Of a DNA stretch of 64,000 bases, positions 27,701 to 38,572 are shown in pieces (within the stretch, counting starts at the first letter, position 1; each line of letters starts with the position of its first letter). The notes beneath the pieces were generated by a model, which was not told where the DNA came from, ran no database searches, and saw nothing but the letters and a program-made list of their open reading frames with translations. This stretch comes from Laetmonice hystrix. Its lineage: Eukaryota. A program made the translations under genes and the position numbers. The stretch lies in assembly GCA_965235115.1 (NCBI GenBank), contig OZ249436.1:52144001-52208000 (forward strand), given 5' to 3'.

Positions 27701-30700
27701 TAGTTTTGATGACCAGAAATATTTGAAGTAAACCCTATGAGCCACTAACATTATCTTAAAAGGGCACGATTTTTCGACTGACTTTTTCTTATATGATAGC
27801 GTATAGAAGTCGGAAATAAGTATTCCTACCCTGAAAATAGCGTTGATTGACATGTAGGCCTAATCAAGCCACAGGCAGCCCCCAAAGTGCATTTCGGTGT
27901 ACACCGAAATTCAGTAGTTAAGTAGAAGGGGCGTGGCTCCAAGTGACTCCGTTGGAAGTTTTTCCATTTCTCGGCCACGACAACGGTTTTCACCCCCAGT
28001 TTTTGTTTTGTATTTAACTATCGAATGCCTCACAAAAGATTCGAAAGCCGTTCGAAAGTGCCATTCCTCCAATTGTACCCCTTTAATAAGAGGTTTGCTT
28101 ACCCGCGCAACATTTTCCAATATATTGATTGTTATGGGAGCGTTAACAAATCGGGGTAGAGAATCGGCAACGTTTTTGACGACTACCGAAACCGTGCGGA
28201 ATGTACTCTTCTGTGGAGATCCATTGTCCTGAAATAACATGACAAACGTTTACCAGAATATGTCCACATATAACATACATTTGTGTATACAATACAATGT
28301 GAACTACAGGATTATATCTGGCTATACGCCATAATCTTGCCTCTAATTAGGAGTAAGCGATAAATTGGTATCGACCTAGTTACTGCCATAAACCACCAAT
28401 CAAAGCTAGTCCCCTAAATCCCCTTACCTAAAGGCCACACCTATAGAGTCACTCTTCTCACCTCTCAGTTTGCATCAGTTTATTCAAACTTAGCAGTTCC
28501 TAATTTACGGGGGGGGGGGGGGGGGGAAACCTAGTCCCACTGGCCCCACTGCCATGATATGATAACATGACAATTGTATCTACACTCTGGTACTGTGCAA
28601 CCTTTGGAAAAAAACCAACAGACCTATTCTGGCTGTGCCATTCTGACTGTGCCATTCTGGCTGCGCCACTGCACCCCTACTTAATGCCAGCCAACTCTTA
28701 CTCACCACAGCCACTAAGGTCATCAGGTACGACTTGTCCTTTTCATAGTCCAGTGCTTGTCTCAAGGTGATGACCCCTGTGTACCGACCACTGCCTCGAC
28801 GTATCGTTCTGATGTCAAACATTTCACACGTCTCCCTCGCCTACAAATTTCAACAACACGTTGAGGATATACAGTCGAACACGTACGCAAGTTGAGGGAT
28901 ATGCAGACTAATGCACGCGCTTACCAAAACCAAAGTTGAGTTACTATGAAGTTTTGATATCATTCATTCTGAAATTTAAACGTAACCTGTGTATTTTTAT
29001 TCTTAACTTCATATTTGCAGTACAGCATTTAAAAGATCGTCTGCCGTCTCATGATATAATAAAATAAGACATTTCCATGGAGATGAAAGGGCCGAAAAGG
29101 TCAATGGAGCAACTAAAAGACAGCCACTTATAGACATCGTGGACAAAGCTGTGTCTCACTCTTGTTAGAAGGGGTTCGTTTGTTATTGTTTGATTGTCGT
29201 GAATCTCCGTATCCCATTAGGCCTAGGTATGTGTTATGTAAATAGAGCAAGCATGGATGCAATTGAGATCAGTCAGTGATTTTAAGAAGCGATACATTTG
29301 TACAAGCAATAAAAAAGGCAGTGAACGTCTGGTTCATACTTCAGGGGCCTGCCTTTGATCACTTGCTTCCATGAAATAACTTTTCTCTTTTATATGTACT
29401 CATGAACGTATGTGGTTACCATACGGAACTGTATGCTATTTAGATCATACTTGTAGTCTCATATTCCTTGTTCTATAGTTTGTAGTAAAGTGGAGTGCTG
29501 ATTGATTCACACCGTCTCCTCAACTCTGGTCATATTTATGATGACCGCTCTGCTAACTAGTGTTACTAGAGAGTATAAACCAGTAGGCGATGGGTGGAAA
29601 CAAACTTGTAGCTACATGCAAGTTGGCAACAGTAAACACCTGCAGTATGAACTAGGCCTGGGCGGGTGCGAAATATGACCGCAGTAAGAACCGTGGCCTG
29701 ACACAAAGAGAACATCAGAGAAAAATTCTTGGTTCAGAAGCTTAGTAACCTGCTATATCTTTGTAGCGACATCAATTATTGGCTATACCATATGTCACAC
29801 CATGCAATGGTCTACACTTTTGATTTACACTTGATAGAAAAGCCGGTCAATATATTATTTTTCAATCCACAGGCAAGACAAATCAAAGTGCAAAAAAAAA
29901 CAAATAAAAAGACAGATTATTATTTTTAAATCTGCATTTGGTGTTACGTTTAAACGTCTCTGAGCAAGTTTTTCTCTCGATGCTTTGTTTAAATACAGTA
30001 TACCTTTCTTATGGTCAGAGTCTGAAAATAAAAATAACATGATTACAGGCTGAGTGGCAAAAATGCTATGCTTCACCAAAACGCTTGTATGTAAAGTTGT
30101 ATCTGACTGTAACTTAACCGTTCACACAGTGTGAACTAGAGGAAGTTCAGCCAGAACTAGTTTTAAAACTTTGACCAATGTACATTACAGGTTTTCCCTG
30201 AGGTTGTTTCGAAGTACACTGGATAACGCAGTGGAGGTGACAGAACCCACCGTCCCAAACTTTTGACATAGCCAGTGTATATCTGGTATTGTTGCCGGAA
30301 ATACCTGGGCGTGGTTTTTCAAAACCAGTTCTTGCTTAAGTTTAAGGTCTTTGAGATTTAATCATCTTTTATCGACTATAAACGGTCATTAAATTTAACT
30401 GCTATCCCCCTTTTTTAATGATTTGTTTTGGCTCCAAAGACACTTACCCCTTCGCTGATGTCGGGGATGAAACACGACAGGCGAACTTCACTATTAGCAT
30501 CGGCATCAACATCAGTGAGGTCAATTCCACCGAGAACTGTGGTACCAATAGCTGCATCCTGGAAACACCACCAAACAACTTACATCATTGCCACCTCGCC
30601 ATCGGTCAGCATGGAGGATACCGGACGCTTTCTCACCCATTGTGTTGATGTATAAAAGCGCAGTTGAATACATGAAAGGGTGTAACACGAGTAAACTGTA

Positions 30701-32599
30701 CGTGTGATTATGTCAGTGTTAAGAAGACGCCTGACTTGGCGTATTACAAGAACAGTTTCGTTTAAAATGCAGGTTGTGAAGTACTGTTGAAATGATATTT
30801 TCGTAAAGGTATGACATTCCCCGATCAGGTTGAACTTTATCTGCGACTCTTTTTATGTTGAGCCTTTCCATGGTCTGACGACCATCACATGGAATATTCG
30901 TTTTAACTTGACAATTTATAAACTCGTAAAATCTCTCTTACCTCTCGTATAGAGATCCCCTGGAACCGGTCAACAGTGCCCTCAAATACTGGCGCGTTGT
31001 CATTGACATCTCTGACGACTACCCGGTACCCGACGGTGGCCTGAGTGACGTCAAACAGTTCAGAAAACTATATTCATGTATACTAACTTGGCTTTTATCT
31101 AAATGATTCCACATAAATATTGGAAGATAGGCGCAGGTTGGGGAGGGTCAAAATCAATTTCAGATCAGAAAATATTCACAGTTTTAGGGGGGAAAGACCA
31201 AATCCGACTGGGAAGCGCGGGCAAGGCCCGCTGGGGAGAGCTATAGGGTATAGCTATAGCTCTATAGCTACCCTTCAAACAGTTCCGGTGTATGAAATTC
31301 ATAAACTTAAGTGCGTTTTCAGCCTTGCTTACAATTACTTGTTGGGCTTACATTTGTATGGCATGAATCTACAACCTTAGACGGCCACAATATTTTACAA
31401 ATACAAATATTTACAGACACTTACACTGTTACCTCGGGCATCTACAGCAACGAAAGACACAGGAAAGTTCCGCATTGTCTGAAGTCGAACACATAACAGG
31501 TTAATTATTTTCGTGCTGACGGCATTACAATCATGTCATGGACAATATGAAAAAAAACCCTATTTTTCTAAAAAAAACTTTCTGGAGCTATAAGAAATTA
31601 ATTTTGCTCCACCCTAAGCACTATCGTAATAAAATGACATGACACGGGCATCAAAGACAGCCGTCGTTTTAAATGAAAAATGGTGGTTTGGAATTACCCA
31701 GTACTTGGAAGTTCCTATCAATTCAAATGTAACATTCCATTTCATTGTCAGAAAACACTGCACCGATTTGAATTTGAAGTCAGTAACGTAATAGTGAAGA
31801 TGACCCAAGCCTGACCTCTCTGTCGATGGCTCGTGCCAGCGTGACATCGCCTGTGTTTTTGTCCACATTGAGGTAGGAAGAATTAGTTGAGAAGGTTACA
31901 GGCTGGGGGTGATCCACTCTTAGCCGCCCGATGAACGTACCTAAATCAAGTATCACGTCCTGACTAAGTTTCCTATTACATGTACATGTATGCATAATGA
32001 GAAATAGTTATCAGGCTTTTCCATAGCGCGTCGTCCCAGCCAGGCTGCAACGTATTGTAGGGGCTTTATATCCTGAGCCTATCCACCTTGAGCGTATAAA
32101 TACGATTTCTGATATTCTTGGGGGGGGGGGGGGTCCATAGATATAGGCCTACAGTTCCTCACAGTAATGTTCTATATCATCTAGGGTGACAATAACAGAG
32201 TTCCGTACGGTGGCCTTAACTCGGTTTATATTTATATCTCTCGGAGCCAATCCCAATAATAACAGGATATTCAATACTTCTCATACCTGCGGGTATGTCT
32301 TCATTGATCCCTTCCTGGCTGAGTGCCCTCTGTAGATTATCTGTCCACACCGGATATCCCTGGCAGTGACCTGGAAACCAGTCACATATTGTAACAAACG
32401 GTGACGAGAGGAGGCAGCTGACCGCATAACTGACCAAAGAGACCTTACAGTAAGATTCAAGAATATATCCCGGTAGTTATTAGGACACCATCACTATGAC
32501 CGGGTAACAGGAACATGAAATATTCTTACCTTCGGGAATAACTATTAAAACCATGGCCAGGGCGAGGGCAGCGCCCAGATGGTACCTGGTTAGCACCAT
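6718..32599 (-). CDS. Cadherin gene A: non-classical cadherin (Cad87A/CDH23/PCDH15-related); signal peptide + 14 EC repeats + membrane-adjacent domain + TM + short tail; about 1787 aa, 39 exons
   Basis: Phase-consistent GT-AG exons (5'->3'): 32599-32530, 32370-32287, 31940-31816, 31478-31425, 31040-30942, 30558-30448, 28840-28706, 28228-28103, 27604-27520, 24164-24034, 23654-23463, 23122-22961, 20788-20624, 20347-20280, 18843-18606, 18292-18147, 17915-17837, 17691-17619, 17324-17143, 16765-16639, 16353-16205, 15940-15802, 15579-15182, 14758-14612, 14346-14224, 13917-13737, 13209-12980, 12756-12565, 12226-12116, 11351-11225, 10896-10630, 10221-9938, 9457-9369, 8838-8749, 8549-8420, 7983-7844, 7392-7361, 7012-6979, 6766-6718 (sum 5364 nt). 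Signal peptide MVLTRYHLGAALALAMVLIVI; repeated LDRE/LDYE, AxDxD and DxNDNxPxF motifs; TM WWILVALTLFMILIALILICLLCYWY; tail ends PEKDYEWQETTVKMD*. The last three micro-exons are less certain. Confidence 0.9.
8903..9340. repeat. 36-bp GC-rich minisatellite, about 12 copies, intronic in gene A
   Basis: Unit CCATGGGGAAGGCAGCGGGACTGACTGCCGCCCGGT. It fills most of intron 8839-9368 and explains the repetitive ORFs seen in several frames. Confidence 0.95.
10361..10507. mobile_element. Short Academ-like non-autonomous element
   Basis: Termini TAGCCTCTGC ... GCAGAGGCCA (1 mismatch inverted repeat); intronic; no clear TSD. Confidence 0.3.
11354..12100. repeat. 22-bp minisatellite, about 34 copies, filling intron 11352-12115 of gene A
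   Basis: Units ACATCAAACAACCTCATCAGTT / ACACATAACAACCTCATCAGTT; the array runs right up to the acceptor of exon 11351-11225. Confidence 0.95.
19213..19316. mobile_element. Small palindromic MITE (Harbinger-like)
   Basis: Arms GTTTTTCAAAAGTT / AACTTTTGAAAAC plus internal AGCTTAAC / GTTAAGCT. Related pieces at about 1377-1418 and about 30306-30350. Confidence 0.45.
21004..22880. mobile_element. Foldback-like non-autonomous DNA element with long TIRs and internal tandem subrepeats
   Basis: TATGGGGTGCCAAGTGTTACCTTTATAATT at 21004 is mirrored by AATTATAAAGGTAACACTTGACACCCCATA ending at 22880. Inverted similarity extends about 190 bp. Internal CGAAATTATAATTTCG modules and direct repeats of about 305 bp (21993, 22302, 22605). 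The terminal TA may be the TSD. Confidence 0.85.
21418..21929. mobile_element. Non-autonomous Kolobok-type DNA transposon, copy 2 (nested in the foldback element)
   Basis: TTAA at 21414-21417 and 21930-21933; AGGGGCAT...ATGCCCCT termini; reverse-complement homolog of 4911-5438. Confidence 0.85.
26126..26860 (-). pseudogene. Decayed coding-like relic in the largest intron of gene A
   Basis: ORFs 26639-26821, 26330-26578 and 26126-26317 share one frame, giving about 245 codons interrupted by three stops. The motif GSAKDGVAS is weakly NHL-repeat-like. Confidence 0.3.
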
Positions 32600-33570
32600 G
32601 CTCCCACCTGCTAACACACCTGGAATAACGCACACGTACACATATAGTAAAACATCGAAAACATCAAAAACGAAAATATGTTTGACCTGTGTCATCCTTA
32701 GACTGTCACTGATGCACGATTTTATCGCTATCTTCGAATATTTTCGATATACAGTCTGGGGTGCGTTGCATAATAAGTCCCGCTCGTTAAATCCTCCCGC
32801 TAACTGTCAGTTAACGGGATGTTGCGTTGCACCTAAAAATGTCCCCGCTATTTTAACGGGGCATTTTACTGGAGCGGGCGGGATTTTTTTTTTATAGAAA
32901 ATATGCATGACCTTGATTGACCTTTCAAGGTCAGTCAATGTCAGGAAAATGGCGTCCAACGAAACTTCATAATTATATGACTTCCTATCTGTCAATAGGC
33001 CTAATAGTATATTGCGCTATCTTGCACCATTATCAAGATATGAGCCAAAACTGTTATTTTGGGGGTAAAAAACAAATATGGCTGCCATGTCGCCATATTC
33101 CCTCTGAACTCATGGACGTGATCCACTTGCGTTGCCATGGCTTCAGCGTGTCTACGATTTTTTCTCTTTGGGAAGCTTCGGAAGTACGTAAAGTGCTCGT
33201 AAGGCCGCGTAAGGAATCGTAGGCTTGCGTAACCCGCGTAAGCACTCATAAGAAAATCGAAACGCATAATACAGCACTTGTAGGGTCTTAAGAGCTCTTC
33301 CGATTGTCAGAGGACATGAAAATGGAGCCCGAGGAGGTCGCACTAATTGTCCTCACCTTCGCCTTTTTGGTCGAAGGGGAGCAACAAGGAATGGAAGAAG
33401 ATTTTGGGTTTTGGGTTTTAGACCTTCCGCGTTCTTCCGAGTGCTTACGAACTCTTTATGCATCTTCCGATATCTTACGCGAGGCCACGTGCACTATGCA
33501 CTCTTCCGATAATATCTAACATTTTTGATCTGCTCGTAAGGAGGTCCCGAGAGCGCTCTGGTACTCATAA

Positions 33571-36500
33571 TGCACGATATTCTGTACCACTATAAGTACT
33601 TCACATATATTGTCTTGCACTGTCTGTATATATGTTTACTTTTTATATTAACTATAATAGGGTATACATTATGCTGTGTATTTAATGATACGATGAAATT
33701 CTTCCACTGTTTAATTAACACACAGTTCGACAATTTTAATATCGTTTATGATGTTTGTCAAAAGGTTGATACCAGATTTCCTAATGAGTGAGTTTCCCTT
33801 TTTATATTTGTCAAATGATGAACTACAGGAATTACTCAACAGTGGTAATGTCTCTACTAATGACTATTTCGATATCTCCACAGTAAATTTGAATATTGAA
33901 TTAGACTTGCTTGAAACTGAAGATACTATATTTGAGGAACACTGGAACACAGATCCAGATAAAAACTTGCTATTAGCAACTAATAATCAGTGTACTTATG
34001 CTCAGGAGACCTTCCTTGAAAAAGTCTTAACCAAGCTGAACAACCATGATCTAACAATAATGGAAATGAATATACGAAGTCTTTCAAAAAATTTTGATGC
34101 CTTTAGGTGTCTTTTAGGTACCTTACAAAACTGTATACAAATGGTTATTCTAGTGGAAACCTGGTTGACAGATTTAACGAAAGAATATTTTGAATTAGAA
34201 GGATATAAATCTCTACATAGTATCAGAAAACAGAAACGTGGTGGTGGCATAAGTGTTTATCTTAAAAACTTTATTGATTTTGAAATAATGGCCTCTGTCT
34301 CGTGTATCACAGAAAGTTACGAACTATTGTTCATTAAAATAAAGAAAACATGTGTATTTGTGGATAAGGATTTGATAGTCGGTATTTGTTACCGACCACC
34401 GAAAGGGAATACTGAAGCTTTTTTGATGCATCTTGTAGAGACTTTAGATAAATTACCATTAGACGAAAATTATGTGTACCTGGCAGGAGACTTCAATCTG
34501 AACTTATTAGAAAAGAACACTAACCCGAAAATTGCCCAATTTTTTAACTCCTTATTGGCTTGCGGTCTTATTCCGTTAGTGACAAAGCCTACAAGATGTA
34601 CTTCTCAATCCAACACTTTAATTGATAACATATTTATGAATAACCTAAAATCACCACATCAGACTTACATACTTATTAATGACACAAGTGACCATTTCCC
34701 AATTATAACTGTCATTCCCCATATCATCAAAGAATCGGGTAATAAAGATAAGTTTTTTAGACGTATATCTCCAAGAAATATAGAAAATTTCCGTAACCGT
34801 CTCAGTTATGAAAACTGGGAAATTTTACCGAGCTTCCTTTGTCCACAAGCCACATATACCATATTATATGACAAAATAAACCGCATCTTCCAAAAAGAGT
34901 TTTCATGCTTCTCCTCGAAGAAAAAATATACAAATAAGTTGCCATGGATAGATGACAGGTTATCTAAAGAAATCAAGTTAAAAAATAACCTTTTTCGTAA
35001 ATCACTTAAGACACCAACACAAATCAACCAAATAAAATACAAAGAACAAAAGAAGAGAGTCACCCGAAAAATGAGAATGGCAAAGAGAGACTACTATAAT
35101 AATCTTTTAACTCAGAATTCTCTTAATATGACCAAATACTGGAAGATTATAAAAGAGCTAATGGGTACTGGACAAGACCACACAAATCCTGGCTGTTTTA
35201 TTGACGACAACCATATTTTTGAGGATCCTGATATTATAGCCCATAAATTTAATGAATTTTTCGTTAATATAGGGCCCAAACTTGCAGCGCAAATTCCGGA
35301 AACTAATGTTTCATTTAGAGCAAACCTGACGGACCCAAATCCTCATTCTATATTCATACAACCTACAACTTCTCACGAGGTCGCCAATGTTTTCAAGTCC
35401 CTAAAGCACTCATCACCAGGATGGGATGAAATAAATAAATTAGTTATTTCCTCAATCTTTGATCTTATATTACCAACTCTTGTTCATATTATTAACTTAT
35501 CTCTCGAAACAGGAGTAGTTCCGAATGAGCTAAAAATTGCAAAAGTTTTGCCTTTATATAAATCTGGCGATAATCAGGTATTCAATAATTACCGTCCTAT
35601 TTCTATTCTCCCTACTTTATCTAAAATATTTGAGAAGATTATGCATCAACGTTTATCACAGTTTTTCAATAAATACAACGTTTTACATAAACAGCAATTT
35701 GGATTTCGAAAACAACATTCTACAGAAATGGCCTTGACTGTACTAAGTAGTAACATTGCCTCCTCATTCAATAACAATAAATATACGCTTGGTATCTTTC
35801 TTGACTTCAGTAAGGCATTTGATACTGTTAACTTTGAAATTCTTTTTTACAAATTAGCTCACTATGGTATAAGGGGAACCGCCCTTACTTGGATCAAAAA
35901 TTATTTATCTGACCGCAAACAGCATGTCTTATACGACAAGTCAATGTCCTCTAATTTAGATATAACAACTGGAGTACCGCAGGGTTCAATTCTTGGTCCG
36001 CTTCTCTTTTTAGTATATATTAATGACTTAAGCTCGGTCTCTAATCGCTTATCCCCCTTTATGTATGCAGATGATAGCAGCTTCCTTATCAGTGGATCGT
36101 CCCCAGAGGAGTTAATAAGGATTGCTAATTCTGAACTAGCTAAAATATATGAATGGCTATGTCAAAATAGGTTGTCTTTAAATACAGATAAATGTAAATA
36201 CATGATTTTCTCGAAAAGCAAACTTAAAAAGTCTATTACACCTGAGCTTGTTATTAATAACCAACCGATTTCGCGTGTTGAAAAAATTAAATTTCTAGGG
36301 TATTATATGGACGAACAATTATCTTGGCATGCCCACACATCGTATATCTCCTCTAAAATTGCAAAAAATATAGGTGTGCTTTGTAAGCTCAGGAAGACAC
36401 TTAATAACTCAACTTTAAGATACTTATACTACTCTCTAATTCATTCGTATCTTAATAATGGACTACATATTTGGGCAGGGACCTCAAAGATTCACCTGGA

Positions 36501-37155
36501 TCAACTTATCAAACTTCAAAAGAAAATCATACGTATTATCGATTCCTCTGGACCAAGAGATCATACCCCTCCTTTGTTTAAGAAATACAACATATTACCA
36601 CTTCCCCAGCTATATATATTGAACTGTGCTCTTTTCATGTTTAAAGTCCATCACTCTCAAAATCCAGAAGCAGTTTGCAATTTATTTATAAGACAGCATG
36701 AAGTGAACAAACGATTAACTCGGCAGAACAGACATTTTTACATACCTAGGGCTAAATGCAAACTTTTTGATCTCTCAATATTAAGACAAGGCCCAAAATA
36801 CTATAATAAATACATTGATGAAATAGATATAAACTGTTCAATACACTCTTATAAAAGGAAATTGTCGATTCTTTTGATTAACACTCCATAAAATAAACCT
36901 GTATAATGTTATAAATAGATATAACCAACTAGATTAAAGATTTTCTCCTTACTTCCTGTTTTGTTAGTGTTTGACTCACACCCTCATTGTTCACAAAGGA
37001 TATTTGTTAAAATGTTATATACGCCATACATGTTATTTAAAAGTATTTATATTGACCAGGGATACCATAAGCATCAGCTTCATTTCCCTAATAAGATTAT
37101 TAAATGATATGTACTTGTAATGGACAAATAAAACATTATTATTATTATTATTATT
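33571..37155 (+). mobile_element. Non-LTR retrotransposon (L2/CR1 group), 5'-truncated, intact ORF2
   Basis: AT-rich block ending in AATAAA (about 37127) and an (ATT)n tail at 37135-37155. ATAA is duplicated at 33567-33570 and 37156-37159. No ORF1 is present. Confidence 0.9.
33748..36891 (+). CDS. LINE ORF2: apurinic-like endonuclease + reverse transcriptase (1047 aa)
   Basis: Single uninterrupted ORF. EN motifs NIRS, VETWL, GDFN, IDNIF, SDHFP; RT motifs NYRPISILP, QFGFR, LDFSKAFD, GVPQGSILGP, YADD, KFLG. Confidence 0.97.
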   Translation: MMFVKRLIPDFLMSEFPFLYLSNDELQELLNSGNVSTNDYFDISTVNLNIELDLLETEDTIFEEHWNTDPDKNLLLATNNQCTYAQETFLEKVLTKLNNHDLTIMEMNIRSLSKNFDAFRCLLGTLQNCIQMVILVETWLTDLTKEYFELEGYKSLHSIRKQKRGGGISVYLKNFIDFEIMASVSCITESYELLFIKIKKTCVFVDKDLIVGICYRPPKGNTEAFLMHLVETLDKLPLDENYVYLAGDFNLNLLEKNTNPKIAQFFNSLLACGLIPLVTKPTRCTSQSNTLIDNIFMNNLKSPHQTYILINDTSDHFPIITVIPHIIKESGNKDKFFRRISPRNIENFRNRLSYENWEILPSFLCPQATYTILYDKINRIFQKEFSCFSSKKKYTNKLPWIDDRLSKEIKLKNNLFRKSLKTPTQINQIKYKEQKKRVTRKMRMAKRDYYNNLLTQNSLNMTKYWKIIKELMGTGQDHTNPGCFIDDNHIFEDPDIIAHKFNEFFVNIGPKLAAQIPETNVSFRANLTDPNPHSIFIQPTTSHEVANVFKSLKHSSPGWDEINKLVISSIFDLILPTLVHIINLSLETGVVPNELKIAKVLPLYKSGDNQVFNNYRPISILPTLSKIFEKIMHQRLSQFFNKYNVLHKQQFGFRKQHSTEMALTVLSSNIASSFNNNKYTLGIFLDFSKAFDTVNFEILFYKLAHYGIRGTALTWIKNYLSDRKQHVLYDKSMSSNLDITTGVPQGSILGPLLFLVYINDLSSVSNRLSPFMYADDSSFLISGSSPEELIRIANSELAKIYEWLCQNRLSLNTDKCKYMIFSKSKLKKSITPELVINNQPISRVEKIKFLGYYMDEQLSWHAHTSYISSKIAKNIGVLCKLRKTLNNSTLRYLYYSLIHSYLNNGLHIWAGTSKIHLDQLIKLQKKIIRIIDSSGPRDHTPPLFKKYNILPLPQLYILNCALFMFKVHHSQNPEAVCNLFIRQHEVNKRLTRQNRHFYIPRAKCKLFDLSILRQGPKYYNKYIDEIDINCSIHSYKRKLSILLINTP

Positions 37156-38076
37156 ATAAGACGTCTGAAGCCCTCGGAACACTCGTGAACTCTCGTAATG
37201 CATGATTCACTTAAAATGCATTCCCGATTTGGAATTTTTCCGGAAGAGCTCGCAAGACCGCGCAAGGGGCGAATCGGAAGCATCGCAACGCAAGTGGATC
37301 ACGCCCATCGGCATACATTGACATACACATTGCCCCTCATATGTTTCTTCCTTGCACCAAATTTGAAAGAAATCGGGATCGTTTTGAGTTACTGCTCAAA
37401 ACATTTCCACCCAAAATGGCTGCTGAGCGGCAAATTTAAATGATATCAAAAACCTATTTGATGTGCATCATCCTCAGACCGTCTCTGATCATTGTGTAAA
37501 GTTTCATCCAATTTGACCCTATAAACTGCAGTCTATTTCATACGGACGAGGTACATGTATGTAGCCTAGCCGGACACCCTACGGACGAGGGTCGAATCAG
37601 AAGCCCCCTTCAGGTTGGGGGCTAAAAACTTTTGTATGTGTCAGTATAAGAAGAGCAAAACCGCCTTCAATTGAAGCTCTCCACTTTTTAGAAGATAATA
37701 GTCCACTTCTTCACAAAGGTTCACTTCCCCCCAAAACGACCCATCCCTTTAGAAATCCTGGCTACGGGCCTGACAGTAGAATATTGAAGGCAAATTCAAA
37801 CGCCGTCCTCTTCGCCATATCAATCACGCAAACTCTCCTTTTTAATTTTTCCCATGCAAAACGGGAAAGAAGAAGACTAGAAATGTACGGTAGGCCTCTG
37901 TTCATTTGCCGTTTCTGTTGACGCTTTGGGACTGCCCTCTGGTGGACGGTACATTTTAGGCGTGTAGCCCTCTGGTGGGGAAGAAGGCAGCGATATACTC
38001 AAACAGACAGGCACGAGGTACGGCGAAGGAGGCATACTAATAGGCCTCCAAGATTCGATATGAGCTTCAAGCTCAC

Positions 38077-38181
38077 CTAGGAGTTTTTTCAATGAACGCA
38101 CCAGGCTTAAACAGGAATGGCGAGTCAGAGTCGAAGCGCAGTGATCGCACCATCACATGAAGTAGGTCGAGTTCCGACTGA
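38077..38181 (-). promoter_or_regulatory. Candidate non-coding first exon / TSS of gene A
   Basis: Minus-strand Inr-like TCAGTC at 38181-38176 and donor TAG|GTGAGC at 38077/38076. The ATG exon of gene A is preceded by an acceptor (about 32620), so an upstream UTR exon is expected. Confidence 0.3.
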
Positions 38182-38336
38182 AAAACGCGTTGTGAGTGAT
38201 AATTGACTAATGAATGAGGTAGGCCTACAAATAGGGACTGAATTTTCGCGTGGCAACATGCATAGGGTTTGCATACATGTCAGGGCGGATCCAGGAATTT
38301 GGAAGGAGGGGGCTCCAACACGGTTAATTCAGAAAG

Positions 38337-38572
38337 CAGGCGCGTGTCCAGGGTGACCGGGCGGGGGGGGGGCTCAGGAAATTCTAAAATTTAGCAACTC
38401 TGAGCCGCGATTTCTCGCCATTTTAATTAGGCCTAGGGCATATATTTTGTGGATTCATCTCTGGCGGGAATGCTTTGCACTTGCTCGTTCAACGTTATTC
38501 CGTTGAATCTAAGAGAGAGAAAAAATATGCTCGGGGGAGAGACCCCCCCCCCCTCCAATGGACACGCGCTTG
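38337..38572. mobile_element. hAT-like MITE
   Basis: CAGGCGCGTGTCCA ... TGGACACGCGCTTG termini; G/C runs inside; near-duplication GAAAG/AAAAG. It sits next to a CAGGGCGGATCCAGG end at 38281. Confidence 0.55.

Larger units (their letters stand above)
33114..37306. mobile_element. PIF/Harbinger-ISL2EU-like non-autonomous element (about 0.6 kb of own sequence), interrupted by a LINE
   Basis: TIRs GGACGTGATCCACTTGCGTTGC (33114) and GCAACGCAAGTGGATCACGCCC (ends 37306), flanked by AT on both sides. Internal CGTAAG/CTTACG subrepeats. A remnant MEPEEVALIVLTFAFL resembles a Harbinger transposase N-terminus. Confidence 0.75.
32896..37628 (+). mobile_element. Helitron/Helentron-like non-autonomous element, split by nested insertions (own sequence about 32896-33113 and 37307-37628)
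   Basis: Modules typical of such repeats: TGACCTTG..TGACCTTTCAAGGTCA, TATGACTTCCTAT, ATGGCTGCC..CGCCATATT, ACCAAATTTGAAAGAAATCGG, AAGTTTCATCCAA. Terminal hairpin AGCCCCC-TTCAGGTT-GGGGGCT (37602-37623) followed by an A run. Confidence 0.55.
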
